A model generated the notes under the pieces. It was not told the DNA's origin, did no database searches, and saw only the letters and a program-made list of their open reading frames with translations. DNA of 64,000 bases from Candidatus Poribacteria bacterium. GTDB lineage: Bacteria > Poribacteria > WGA-4E > WGA-3G. The translations under genes and the position numbers were made by a program. This document shows, piece after piece, positions 27,997 through 37,635 of the stretch. Where the stretch lies: assembly GCA_965198235.1 (NCBI GenBank), contig OZ240248.1, positions 1,536,001 to 1,600,000 of the forward strand, in the 5' to 3' direction. Numbering within the stretch: position 1 is the stretch's first letter; every line of letters starts with the position of its first letter.

Positions 27997-28677
27997 ATGC
28001 CATTCCTATCAAGAAGCATAGACCAGATAGGAAAAGATGCAGGCAGAACTGGCTTGCAAGCTTCGCCAAAAATATCAAAGACAGGGACTCTTGTGGAACG
28101 ACTCTCCTCTTTCTACGCAACGCGTGGCAAACATTTGTTCGATGCTATCGCCGCATTTCTCCTTATCATTATCTTTGCCCCTCTAATGGTGCTGATTGCC
28201 AGTCTAATTAAGCTCACCTCACGCGGTGCTGTCTTTTTCTCACACAAGCGGGTTGGGTTAAACAACGAACTATTTGTTATCCACAAATTTCGGAGTCTCC
28301 ATGTGGATACACCGTCCTATTCCGAGAAACCTGGTGCAATTGACGACAAACGTATTACACCAGTCGGCAAATGGCTCCGTAAGACGAGTTTAGATGAGTT
28401 GCCCCAACTTTTCAATGTGCTAAAAGGTGAAATGAGTCTGGTGGGTCCGCGTCCAGAAATGCCTTTTCTTGCTAAGCATTATGAGCCGTCGGAAAATCAA
28501 CGCCACCTCGTTCGTCCGGGAATGACAGGTCTCTGGCAGCTGAGTCCGCATCGACAAGGGGCAATCCGGGATGGCATTCCTGTTGATTTGGAGTACATTG
28601 AGAAGCTATCTTTCTGGAACGATTTTAAAATACTCCTTCGAACCTTCAAAGTCTTTTGGGATAACAACACCTATTAA
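27997..28677 (+). CDS. Priming sugar (phosphoglycosyl) transferase
   Basis: [50 protein letters not shown]. Confidence 0.93.
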   Translation: MPFLSRSIDQIGKDAGRTGLQASPKISKTGTLVERLSSFYATRGKHLFDAIAAFLLIIIFAPLMVLIASLIKLTSRGAVFFSHKRVGLNNELFVIHKFRSLHVDTPSYSEKPGAIDDKRITPVGKWLRKTSLDELPQLFNVLKGEMSLVGPRPEMPFLAKHYEPSENQRHLVRPGMTGLWQLSPHRQGAIRDGIPVDLEYIEKLSFWNDFKILLRTFKVFWDNNTY

Positions 28678-28712
28678 CGCAATCGTAAGCACAGCTCGCT
28701 CCTATGCAATGA

Positions 28713-29026
28713 ATTTTTAACTATGGAACTCTGTTAACCATCAACTCGTGCTTTAACATTTATAACGGAGTCGAGTTGATGGTTAAACTGCTCCAAATGT
28801 AAAGCATTCTGCGCAAGCCTATAGAGGCTTGCGGGACACTGCGAAGCGAAATTATGTCATTTAAGGCATGATTTCGTTTCGCAGCGGTTTTCGGTAAATT
28901 CCAGCAGGGTGCAGTGAAGGGATGTCCCTTTTCCAGAAACCATCGTGAAACGAAGTGGAACGATGCCCAGGTGTTAATAGTTAAAAAAATGAAATGGGAC
29001 GGTGCCCAGAGGCAATAAATTAAAAA
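28713..29026. repeat. Composite repeat, inverted relative to 14301-14583
   Basis: 53-bp palindrome at 28734-28786, GCAAGCCTATAGAGGCTTGC, AAACCATCGTGAAACGAAGTGGAACGATGCCCAG. Confidence 0.85.
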
Positions 29027-29383
29027 ATGAAAATAACGTTCAGAGACCTCGGTAGAATTCTGCGATGTAGTTTTCAACTGAAATGTCCACAGTGTGGTGA
29101 AGGCGCACTGTTTCGAACGTATCTCAGGATGTTTACCCACTGCGTAGTATGTGATTTGAAGTTTGAACGAGAATCCGGTTACTTTATCGGCGCGATGTAC
29201 CTCAATTACGGCGCGACAGTCCTCATCACTTTTCCAAGCTATTTCCTATTTGAGAAGTTTACTTCTATTCCTTTCTACGTTAATTTTAGTGTGTGGGCAC
29301 TGTTTTCCGCTATCTTCCCCGTTTTCTTCTACCGTTATTCAAAGAGTTTGTGGCTGAACTTTGATTACATCTTTTCGTCTTAG
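29027..29383 (+). CDS. DUF983-like Zn-finger membrane protein
   Basis: CPQCGEGALF..CVVC..ERESGYFIGAMY plus two TM helices. Confidence 0.8.
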   Translation: MKITFRDLGRILRCSFQLKCPQCGEGALFRTYLRMFTHCVVCDLKFERESGYFIGAMYLNYGATVLITFPSYFLFEKFTSIPFYVNFSVWALFSAIFPVFFYRYSKSLWLNFDYIFSS

Positions 29384-29526
29384 TACTGCTGGGTGGAAAT
29401 TCTTAAAATCCCCGAACTTCTACTCGGGTCGTTCAAATTCATTGAAGACTCGATTTTGACAGGGGTCCCCATAGCGATCAGCGTATGGGGCTGAAAAACC
29501 GGAGCGAAAACGCAATCGTTAAAAAA

Positions 29527-30276
29527 TCATCTCGTGAAAATCTGACCGCGAGCGTAGGAAGCTGCATCGGACGCGAGGAACGTGAGTACCCGTGCAACCC
29601 CGGCTGGATCACCAAGTGAATTGCGGGCATTAGCAACCGCCGCATCTGGATCTTGTCCATCCCGCTTTGCCGATTCTGCGATCTGTCCCAGTTTGAGTGG
29701 GGTCGCAAGTCCGCCAGGGCAGATAGTATGCATACGGATGTTCATTGACGCAACCTGATTTTCTACCGTCATTACAAGCCCATTGACACCACCCTTGCTG
29801 GAAGCGTAAGCAACCGAGGAACTTCCACCGCGAACCCCCGCACCGGAAGCGATACACAGGATAACACCGCCACCTCTTTTCATTATTGGGACAGCATGTT
29901 TGAGAGCGAAAAAAGTGCCTTTGAGATTCACGTCGATAACTGAATCAAAAGTTGCGGCTTCAAAATCATCGATGCGAACACTCGGTCCACGCAGAACACC
30001 TGCGGAAGTTACCAAGATGTCAATCCCACCGTATTCCGTATCAGCGATTCCCATCAAATCCGCTATTTCAGTTTCGACGGTGACATCGGTACGTTGAAAC
30101 TTGGCAATCCCACCTGCCTCAACAATTGTACTGAGTGTTTTTTGAGCGTCTTCTTCATTGATGTCGCCGAAGACGACTTTCGCCCCTGCTTTAGCATATT
30201 CAATTGCGGTTGCTGCACCAATACCTGTGGATGCGCCAGTGATCACAGCCACCTTATCGTTAAGTCGAATATCCAT
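29527..30276 (-). CDS. SDR family oxidoreductase
   Basis: TGASTGIG, YASSK, ICPG. Confidence 0.9.
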   Translation of the reverse strand: MDIRLNDKVAVITGASTGIGAATAIEYAKAGAKVVFGDINEEDAQKTLSTIVEAGGIAKFQRTDVTVETEIADLMGIADTEYGGIDILVTSAGVLRGPSVRIDDFEAATFDSVIDVNLKGTFFALKHAVPIMKRGGGVILCIASGAGVRGGSSSVAYASSKGGVNGLVMTVENQVASMNIRMHTICPGGLATPLKLGQIAESAKRDGQDPDAAVANARNSLGDPAGVARVLTFLASDAASYARGQIFTR

Positions 30277-30436
30277 ATTTTGTCTCCTTGAAAATGACAG
30301 GAATAATCTCCATATCATTGGATTCAGTAGTAAAGATTATAGGCGGAATGTGTTGATAGGGCAAGTTTTTTGTCTTGACACAAGGGGAGGCGCAAGTAAG
30401 GTTTACGATGTTGGATGGGAATCACTAAGTGGATAG

Positions 30437-31237
30437 CTAACTTTTAAACTGGAAGCGGTAAGGAATACGGAGACGCTGACTGACAACCATTTTGCCCCGT
30501 TTCGCTGGCACGAATCGGGACGCTTTGAGTGCCGTAATTGCTGCTTCTTCACACCCTAACCCACTAACCTCGATCACCTTGATAACTTTGATGTTTCTCG
30601 CTATGCCATCTGTACCGATTGTCGCTTCAAGCACAACGAGTCCCTCCTTGTGGGAAAGGCGAGCAGATTCAGGGTATATCGGATCGATTTTGCGGAAGAA
30701 CCGGGCATCTTGTGTTGGTTCATCCTGCAGTGCCGGAACTGATGGAAGTTCGGAGACTTCAGCACTCGCAATAACAGTTGGTGTCAATGTCCACTCTGGA
30801 CGTGGTATCCGTTTAGGTGTCAGACGTATCCGTTGTGAGCCACGATCCGGTGACCGGAGAGGTAAGCTGCGCTGAAGTATTTTCCCACCGTCTATTCCAA
30901 TGTCTGTCGGAGTTGTCTGATAAACAGTCGAAACCGGAAGCGTATCAACGACGAGTTGCGTCTGGCTTTGTGGTGTGTGGACGACGTTTGAAATCGTCCG
31001 AATACGCTGTGGCTGTGAGCGAATGAAATCTGGCTGTGTTAATGCTGGCACTTTGGGTTTCCGACGTGGCTCGAGCATAGGTTTTGTCTCCGAGAGCGAG
31101 ACAAATTCAGCGACAATCGCATCGCCATGTTTATCTACTGTCCCGACGATAGATAGAGCTGCGACCGCAACGCCTATCAAGTGAACGCAGATAGATAAAG
31201 ATACAGACTTGTTCAGAAATTGGATAGACTTGTTCAT
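30437..31237 (-). CDS. Energy transducer TonB family protein
   Basis: N-terminal TM with SxxxH; Pro-rich linker; PIYPESAR..EGLVVL..F.PA. Confidence 0.85.
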   Translation of the reverse strand: MNKSIQFLNKSVSLSICVHLIGVAVAALSIVGTVDKHGDAIVAEFVSLSETKPMLEPRRKPKVPALTQPDFIRSQPQRIRTISNVVHTPQSQTQLVVDTLPVSTVYQTTPTDIGIDGGKILQRSLPLRSPDRGSQRIRLTPKRIPRPEWTLTPTVIASAEVSELPSVPALQDEPTQDARFFRKIDPIYPESARLSHKEGLVVLEATIGTDGIARNIKVIKVIEVSGLGCEEAAITALKASRFVPAKRGKMVVSQRLRIPYRFQFKS

Positions 31238-31387
31238 AATTTAAACACTTGTTTACTGACTTCGTATCGGTGAGTTACGTTCAGTACAGTGGTGGTGTAT
31301 ACTTTACAACTTCGTTTCTGCAAACGGAGCGAGTGTTTACACTAAATGTAGCAAAATCCGTGCCAATCTTCTGAGTTAATAAATAAC

Positions 31388-31416
31388 TTGACAAACTTCT
31401 AAAAGTAGAGTATAAT
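31388..31416 (+). promoter_or_regulatory. Perfect sigma70 consensus promoter
   Basis: TTGACA-17 nt-TATAAT. Confidence 0.8.
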
Positions 31417-31556
31417 ATGATTGGACTGGTCGCTTCAATATAGTTTATGCTAATCCAATAATGGACAGAATGCGCAATAAATTGCGCTACTACGAACCTC
31501 ACCGTGAAAAAGACAGGTAATGCTGAATTTCATGTAAATCTGTCCGTCTAAATTTC

Positions 31557-31677
31557 TATGCAGTCAGGGCAGTGTCTGCTGCAGGAGACTGTGTAAGACT
31601 TTCCGTATGAAAGCAACAGTTGTTGATCGCAAGAAAGCTTCTTCGGAAGCCTCCTGCTTTAGCAGGGGGTCTGTCAC
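31557..31677 (+). mobile_element. IS200/IS605 right end / TnpB-type omegaRNA-like remnant without ORF
   Basis: GAAGCCTCCTGCTTTAGCAGGGGG hairpin ending TGTCAC, similar to the end at 49349-49380; preceded by GGAGACTGTGTAAGAC..GCAACAGT. Confidence 0.55.
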
Positions 31678-31739
31678 AATAGGCGATTGAATTCATCGTG
31701 ATAGGCAATGTCAGAATTAAACGAGGAGGGATAATATCC

Positions 31740-31973
31740 ATGGAAGTGAAAATTGAATACTGCACCGCTTGAAACTACCAACCACGGGCAGCCAGTTTGG
31801 CAGATGCCTTGAAACAGAAATATGGTACGGCGGTTAAAACAGTCGATCTGATCTCCGGTAGTGGTGGGGCTTTTGAAGTCTCCTTGAACGGAACACTGCT
31901 CTATTCGAAGTTAGAAACCGGACAGTTTCCGACGACAGAGCAGATAACAACCGCAATGGACGCGGCGGCATAA
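31740..31973 (+). CDS. SelW/SelT/SelH (Rdx) selenoprotein, 77 aa, CxxU
   Basis: GAGGAGG SD; MEVKIEYCTA-UGA-NYQPRAASLA...GGAFEV..LYSKLETGQFP; hairpin at 31787-31808; absent from ORF track. Confidence 0.92.
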
Positions 31974-32054
31974 CCAGCGTCTCTGGAAGGGCGGAGGTGG
32001 TTATAGTGCGCAAGCCTATAGAGGCTTGCGGGACAATGCCTCCGTCTTTTTTTC

Positions 32055-32858
32055 TTACTCTACCGCAACAATTGCGATCTTCCATCGGTCTGCTTGCTGA
32101 ATGAGCACATCGGCATCCATCACAAAAGTTCGCCGGGCTTCCACTGCTAACGCACTCGCTTTAACTTGATGCAGCACCTCAAGCGTCTGCATTCCCACCG
32201 TTGGCACATCAATACGAAAATCGTGGTTCTCGGCGGCTGCTTTCGCAACAACGATTCCCTGCCTTCCCAAGTTTCCTCCCCTCTGAATAGTCGCATCTGT
32301 CCCTTCAATGGCTTCCATAGCAAGGACAATCTGATTCTTAACGACAACCGTTTGCCCGATATCCATATTTGCTATCTGCCGGGCGATACTGATACCGAGT
32401 TCAATATCTGTCCATTGGCTCGCTGTGGGTTGTCGAGTTGTTAAAACGCTGGGTTGTGGAAGAAGGTGTTGGAGATACTGATCTTGGGTGAGGATGGTAA
32501 GTCCGGCGGATTCAAGGTGGTTAAGTGCTGCGTTGACGATTACGGAAGGTTTTTCGCGTCGGTTCTGTACGAGGATTTTAATGGTGGTCGTATCAATTTG
32601 AAAGGGTCGAAGGAGGATGTTTTTTTCGACTTTCCCGATGATCACAGTCTCTTTCACGCCTGAATTGAGAAGCGTTCGGGTGATCTTTTGAATCTGACCC
32701 ACCCCATAAGTATGAAGTTCGCATGCGATTCCGGCGAAGCGTTGCGCGTCGGACTTGGTAATTTGGATGATAACGGGTTGTCGCTCATGGGCAACAGCGG
32801 CACGTGCTAATAGCACCGGCAGCTCACCTGCGCCTGCAATAATACCCAATTTTTCCAC
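32055..32858 (-). CDS. lpxI: UDP-2,3-diacylglucosamine pyrophosphatase LpxI
   Basis: LGIIAGAGELP, DIGQTVVV, EAIEGTD, DVPTVG. Confidence 0.92.
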   Translation of the reverse strand: MEKLGIIAGAGELPVLLARAAVAHERQPVIIQITKSDAQRFAGIACELHTYGVGQIQKITRTLLNSGVKETVIIGKVEKNILLRPFQIDTTTIKILVQNRREKPSVIVNAALNHLESAGLTILTQDQYLQHLLPQPSVLTTRQPTASQWTDIELGISIARQIANMDIGQTVVVKNQIVLAMEAIEGTDATIQRGGNLGRQGIVVAKAAAENHDFRIDVPTVGMQTLEVLHQVKASALAVEARRTFVMDADVLIQQADRWKIAIVAVE

Positions 32859-32883
32859 ACTTTCGCTCCCCGTATAGTTTCAA

Positions 32884-33168
32884 TTTTTTAACTATTGGCA
32901 CTTGGGCATCGTTCCATTACATTCCACGATGGTTTCTGGTGAAGTCAGGAACCTTTGAACTCTTGGAGCGGGTTGGAATTGACCAAAAACCACTGCGAAA
33001 CGAAATTATGCCTTAAATGGCATAATTTTGCTTCGCATTGTCCCGCAGGTTTCCTATAGAGGCTTGCGCAGAATGCTTTACATTTGGAGCAGTTTAACCA
33101 TCAACTCGACTCCGTTATAAATGTTAAAGCACGAGTTGATGGTTAACAGAGTCCCGTAGTTAGAAAAT
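32884..33168. repeat. Composite intergenic repeat
   Basis: Left TIR, AAATTATGCCTTAAATGGCATAATTT and 53-bp palindrome (33094-33146). Confidence 0.85.
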
Positions 33169-33245
33169 CTTTACACGGCTTTTGGTTAGAATAGTGTTCT
33201 CAAAGAGGTTATGAATAATGAGCCGTTGCCTAAGAATTTTGCAGG

Positions 33246-34070
33246 CTAACCACTCGGAGCGCGGTTCGGTTGACTAAACCCTATGCCACGTTTGGAGGTT
33301 TCTATAAATTTAAGTAAATATTCAACTTCCGGCGTTGGTTCGAGTGTTTCTCTGACTCTGGCGACGGCATGCTTAAGTGGTAGCCCCGAGCGGAACAAGG
33401 TGCGGAACGCCTTCTTTAACGCCGCGAGTGTTTCAGGTGTGAGCTGTGACAAAGGGTTAATCCGTGATGTTCGGATACCGATACGGTTGAGGTCCCGAAC
33501 ACGCGCCGGTTGTCCGGCGGAGAGGGCAAAGGGTGGGATATCCTGCACGATCTTTGAGAAACCGCCTGCCATTGCCATCTTGCCTACGCGCACATATTGG
33601 TGCAGTGCCGCATGCGCCCCCAGTCGAACGTCATCTTCAATCACGACATGCCCCGCAAGCGAGACAAAGTTTGCCATGATTATCCTATTGCCGACGATGG
33701 TGTCGTGTGCAAGGTTAACCCAATTCATCAGCAAATTATTGTCCCCAACGATAGTTGCTTCCTCTTCAAAAGATGACCTGGAGATGGAGACGTATTCGCG
33801 TAGTATATTGCGATTCCCGATTTTCACGTAACTCCGCCAACCCCCGTACTTTAGGTCTTTGGATTCGTTACCGATGGTAGCACCGAAGAAGATTTTGCAT
33901 TCTTCGCCGATAGTTGTCCATTTTTCAACCTGAACATGGGGGCCGATCACCGTGCCGCGCCCTATATGGACATCTTCACCGACAAGACTGTAGGGGCCAA
34001 TCTTAACCCCTTCTTCCAACGTTGCTTTTGGAGAGATAATAGCCGTAGGGTGAATGTTGGTTTCTAGCAC
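33246..34070 (-). CDS. lpxA: UDP-N-acetylglucosamine acyltransferase
   Basis: IHPTAII hexapeptide repeats; AHD, LAGHV, HQY, QDIPP; between lpxC and lpxI. Confidence 0.92.
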   Translation of the reverse strand: MLETNIHPTAIISPKATLEEGVKIGPYSLVGEDVHIGRGTVIGPHVQVEKWTTIGEECKIFFGATIGNESKDLKYGGWRSYVKIGNRNILREYVSISRSSFEEEATIVGDNNLLMNWVNLAHDTIVGNRIIMANFVSLAGHVVIEDDVRLGAHAALHQYVRVGKMAMAGGFSKIVQDIPPFALSAGQPARVRDLNRIGIRTSRINPLSQLTPETLAALKKAFRTLFRSGLPLKHAVARVRETLEPTPEVEYLLKFIETSKRGIGFSQPNRAPSG

Positions 34071-34266
34071 AGATGTCCCTCCCTAATCTTGTTTTTAAAT
34101 GATCAGCCCTCGCGCACCGTTCCACTACGTTTCACGATGGTTACTGATTTGATTGAAGCCGCCTCTGTTGCAAAAACCCTGTTTGAATACATCGGAAACC
34201 ACCGTGTAATGAAATGGAGCGGTGCCCAGGTGTTAATCATTTAAAGAATGTTAAAAGGACCACGGT

Positions 34267-35553
34267 TCAGACAGAAGCCAATACAATTGACAGTTCCGCC
34301 TCTGTAGCGAGTTCGTCTCCTACATAAACGCGTCCTTCGATGCGTGCAATTCTGCTCCGTAGTTGGGCGACCTCTATTTCCAGTCGAAGCTGGTCCCCCG
34401 GAATGACAGCGCGTCGGAATGTTGCCTTATTGATCGAGCGAAAATAGCCAAGTTCACCTTCCTTACCGATGTCTCGAAGCACAAGCCATGCAGCGAGTTG
34501 TGCGAGTGCTTCAATCTGTAACACCCCAGGCATCACAGGGCGCGTCGGGAAATGCCCCTCAAAAATTGGTTCGTTATAAGTCACGTTCTTGATGCCTACG
34601 GCGCGCTTTTTACTTTCGTATTCAATAACTCTATCGACCATGCACATCGGATGTCGGTGCGGCAACACTTCATAAATATCCATTACCTCAATCGGTTCTT
34701 GAACAGGTGCCTGTTGAAGGTGGCCCGCCTCAGCGAGGGCTTGCACAAATTCCGCATGGAACATATGTCCAGTCCGCATCGCGAGAACATGTGCCTTCGG
34801 CATGTGTCCGGCTAAATAGAGATCGCCAATCAAATCAAGGATTTTATGTCGGACAAACTCGTCTTCAAACCGCAGTGGTGTACTGGATTCACCTGCGGCA
34901 TTGATAACAACGACATTATCGTAGGTTGCCCCTTTCCCAATACCGAGTGCCTGTAGTGCTTCAATTTCATTTTCAAAACAGAAACTCCGTGCTGGCGCGA
35001 TGTCGGAAGCGTATGATTCTGGGGTTATTTTGAATGTCGCTGTTTGTGGTTTCGTCTGTGGATGCGCGTAAACGAATGTCACCTCTAACGCGTCGGCAGG
35101 TAGCAACACGAGCTGCTTATCCGCTACAGAAAGCGCGAACGGCTCCGTGACCTCAATAAACTTCCGTGGGACATCTTGTGAGACAAGTCCTACTGCTTCG
35201 ATATTCTCGACATATGGTGCCGCGCTCCCATCAAGCCCAGGAGGTTCCGATGCGTCAAGCTCCACTGTCGCGTTGTCAACGCCGAGACCGCCGAGTGCTG
35301 AGAGGATGTGTTCGACGCTGCTAACCGTTGTATCACCGTTGCGTAGACTGGTACATCGTGGCAGAATATCTGCCCAGTTCTCCTGACATACCTTCACTTC
35401 TGGGGCACCAGCGATATCCACCCGTCGGAAGAGGATGCCAGAGTCTGCCGGGGCTGGTTTCAAGGTTAATGTCACGGGTTCCCCTAACATTAACCCTTTT
35501 CCTGTCATTGTTATTTCGTTTTGAATTGTTTGCTGTGAATCAGCTTTTGCCAT
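34267..35553 (-). CDS. lpxC: Bifunctional LpxC/FabZ
   Basis: VEHILSAL, DGSA, RHKILDLIGD; then LPHRHP and FEGHFP..PVMPGVLQIEALAQ. Confidence 0.93.
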   Translation of the reverse strand: MAKADSQQTIQNEITMTGKGLMLGEPVTLTLKPAPADSGILFRRVDIAGAPEVKVCQENWADILPRCTSLRNGDTTVSSVEHILSALGGLGVDNATVELDASEPPGLDGSAAPYVENIEAVGLVSQDVPRKFIEVTEPFALSVADKQLVLLPADALEVTFVYAHPQTKPQTATFKITPESYASDIAPARSFCFENEIEALQALGIGKGATYDNVVVINAAGESSTPLRFEDEFVRHKILDLIGDLYLAGHMPKAHVLAMRTGHMFHAEFVQALAEAGHLQQAPVQEPIEVMDIYEVLPHRHPMCMVDRVIEYESKKRAVGIKNVTYNEPIFEGHFPTRPVMPGVLQIEALAQLAAWLVLRDIGKEGELGYFRSINKATFRRAVIPGDQLRLEIEVAQLRSRIARIEGRVYVGDELATEAELSIVLASV

Positions 35554-35757
35554 TCGCTTTTGTCACCTTCTGTTTTTTTTACGATTGACTCTGGTCACTG
35601 CTCCATAAGTAAAACAAAGATAAATTATGCCATTTAAGGCATAATTTCATTCCGCAGTGGTTTTTGGTGAAGTTATGCCCAGTGCGGTTCGGAAATCCAC
35701 CTACCGGGGCTTCGGGACCGAAAACCATCCTGAAACGAAGTGGAACGATGCCCAGAT

Positions 35758-36696
35758 TCAATCATTTAAAATCCGCATTTTTCGTATCGTTCTATTGTGT
35801 TCTGAAAGCGTCTTTGAAAAGTGGTGCTTTCCCTCGCCTATCGCCACGAAGTAGAGATAGTCTGTTTTTTCGGGCCGCAGTGCAGCTATAATTGAATCAA
35901 TACCTGGATTCGCAATGGGACCAGGGGGTAAACCCTTGTGTTTATACGTATTGTAAGGCGAATCAACCTGTAGATCGGCTTTCGTCAAGGGTCTTTCTGG
36001 GTTCCCTAAGGCGTAAAGTACCGTTGGATCTGCCTGAAGCTTCCACTTTCGTGTAAGCCGGTTATGGAAGACACTTGAAATACGGGGGCGTTCCAGTCCA
36101 GATTGTGCTTCTTTTTCGATGACAGAAGCGAGCGTTACGATTTCGTGACGGGTACGCCCTAAATTTTGCGCCTCCTCGTCAAATTTTTCCGTCCATTGCT
36201 GTTTAAATTCATCAAGCATCATCTCAACAACTTTTTCAGTTGTTGTGCCTTTTGCGAATTTGTACGTATTCGGAAAAAGGTAGCCCTCTACAGTTTTGTC
36301 TGCAAGCCCGTACCGCTTCAACAAACGCGAGGATTCGGAGGCTTTCCGAAATGCCTCGGCTGTGCCAAAGCCGCTCATTTCCCAAAGTTCAGCAATAGCA
36401 GATGTCGTTAAACCCTCTGGCACTGTCCAGCTAACCAGCGTAACCTGCCCCTTTTCAAATTCATTGAGTAGATCCCACAACGCCATGTTCCGCCGTAACA
36501 TATAAGTTTCAGCTTGTAGGTGTCTACCAGTCCCTCTATATCGGACAACTATACGAAAGGCGTATTCGCTGCGTATTAGTTTTTGTTCAACCAATCGCTT
36601 TGCTATTGCCCGCGAACTACTCCCTACTGGTACGTCGAAATTAACAACCTCTTCTGACGATGTGGGTGGTAGCGTCAGGGATACCCCAATCAACAA
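35758..36696 (-). CDS. mltG: Endolytic transglycosylase MltG
   Basis: VPEG, EGYLFPNTY, LASVIEKE, LQADPT, SPYNTY..GLPPGPI; true start probably further upstream. Confidence 0.92.
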   Translation of the reverse strand: MLIGVSLTLPPTSSEEVVNFDVPVGSSSRAIAKRLVEQKLIRSEYAFRIVVRYRGTGRHLQAETYMLRRNMALWDLLNEFEKGQVTLVSWTVPEGLTTSAIAELWEMSGFGTAEAFRKASESSRLLKRYGLADKTVEGYLFPNTYKFAKGTTTEKVVEMMLDEFKQQWTEKFDEEAQNLGRTRHEIVTLASVIEKEAQSGLERPRISSVFHNRLTRKWKLQADPTVLYALGNPERPLTKADLQVDSPYNTYKHKGLPPGPIANPGIDSIIAALRPEKTDYLYFVAIGEGKHHFSKTLSEHNRTIRKMRILND

Positions 36697-37048
36697 AACA
36701 ATGAGGCAGAGAGCACCAAGACAGCAGAGCGTCAGTATGCCTATCTTAATTTTCGTGTTTTCGAGAGAGAAGTATCTTGACGACTTGGTGATTGGACAGA
36801 TTTACCTTCTACTCCCTGTTCTGTTTGTGCAGACCCCATGTATTTTCATAATTCTTTAAATGATAGGCCCTCTGACTGTGCTCCATTACATTCCGCACAG
36901 GTTTTCGCTAAGAACGCACGAGTACTTTTTATCCTACATTTCTTAGAAAAGACCATCGTGGAACGAAATAGAACGATGAGCATTTGACCCTAGTTAGAAA
37001 ATTGTTGGAGGGTCACCCGTAACACCTTGGCATATCCTAATGGAAAGA

Positions 37049-37495
37049 TCAGGAATGCTCTGTGGGTGCTGCAGGATTGATCTCCCGATTGCTATTCAAA
37101 TAGTCTTTGAGAATAATTACCGCTGCTACCTCGTCAATAAGTTCTTTCTGTGCTTTTGTGTCTTTGTTAAGATCGCGCAAAATCTCTTCTGCTTCAGCGG
37201 TTGTAAAACGTTCATCCTGAAATTCGATCGGAATGTCAATTACATGCTCCAAGCGTTGGGCAAACTTCTGGATCTTCTTCGCTTGCGTGCCAATAGAGCC
37301 GTCAAGAGAGATAGGCAAACCGATAACGACACGTTCCACCTTGTGGATGGAAATGAGATCCGAGATAGCAATTAAATCAACCTGCCGATTTTTTCGGGTT
37401 AGTGTACACAGTGGATGTGCCGCAATACCGAGAGCGTCGCTGAGCGCAACACCAATGCGTGTATCACCAACATCTAATCCGAGTAAAATTGCCAT
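37049..37495 (-). CDS. ruvX: RuvX/YqgF nuclease
   Basis: LGLDVGDTRIGVALSD, VIGLP, DERFTT, DEVAA. Confidence 0.93.
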   Translation of the reverse strand: MAILLGLDVGDTRIGVALSDALGIAAHPLCTLTRKNRQVDLIAISDLISIHKVERVVIGLPISLDGSIGTQAKKIQKFAQRLEHVIDIPIEFQDERFTTAEAEEILRDLNKDTKAQKELIDEVAAVIILKDYLNSNREINPAAPTEHS

Positions 37496-37635
37496 TTTTA
37501 AACGATTGCTCCTGGGCAAAGAAACACCCAAGCAAAAACCCCTCCATTTCATTGCGGGCAGGTTTCTGATAAAGTCCGTAACCCTTTCAAACCTAAAGCA
37601 GGTTCTCTACGTGCCCAGACCCAATAATTAAAAAA

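Noticed and set aside
34267-35553. LpxC-FabZ fusion as a novelty
   Set aside because: A well-known fusion in several phyla
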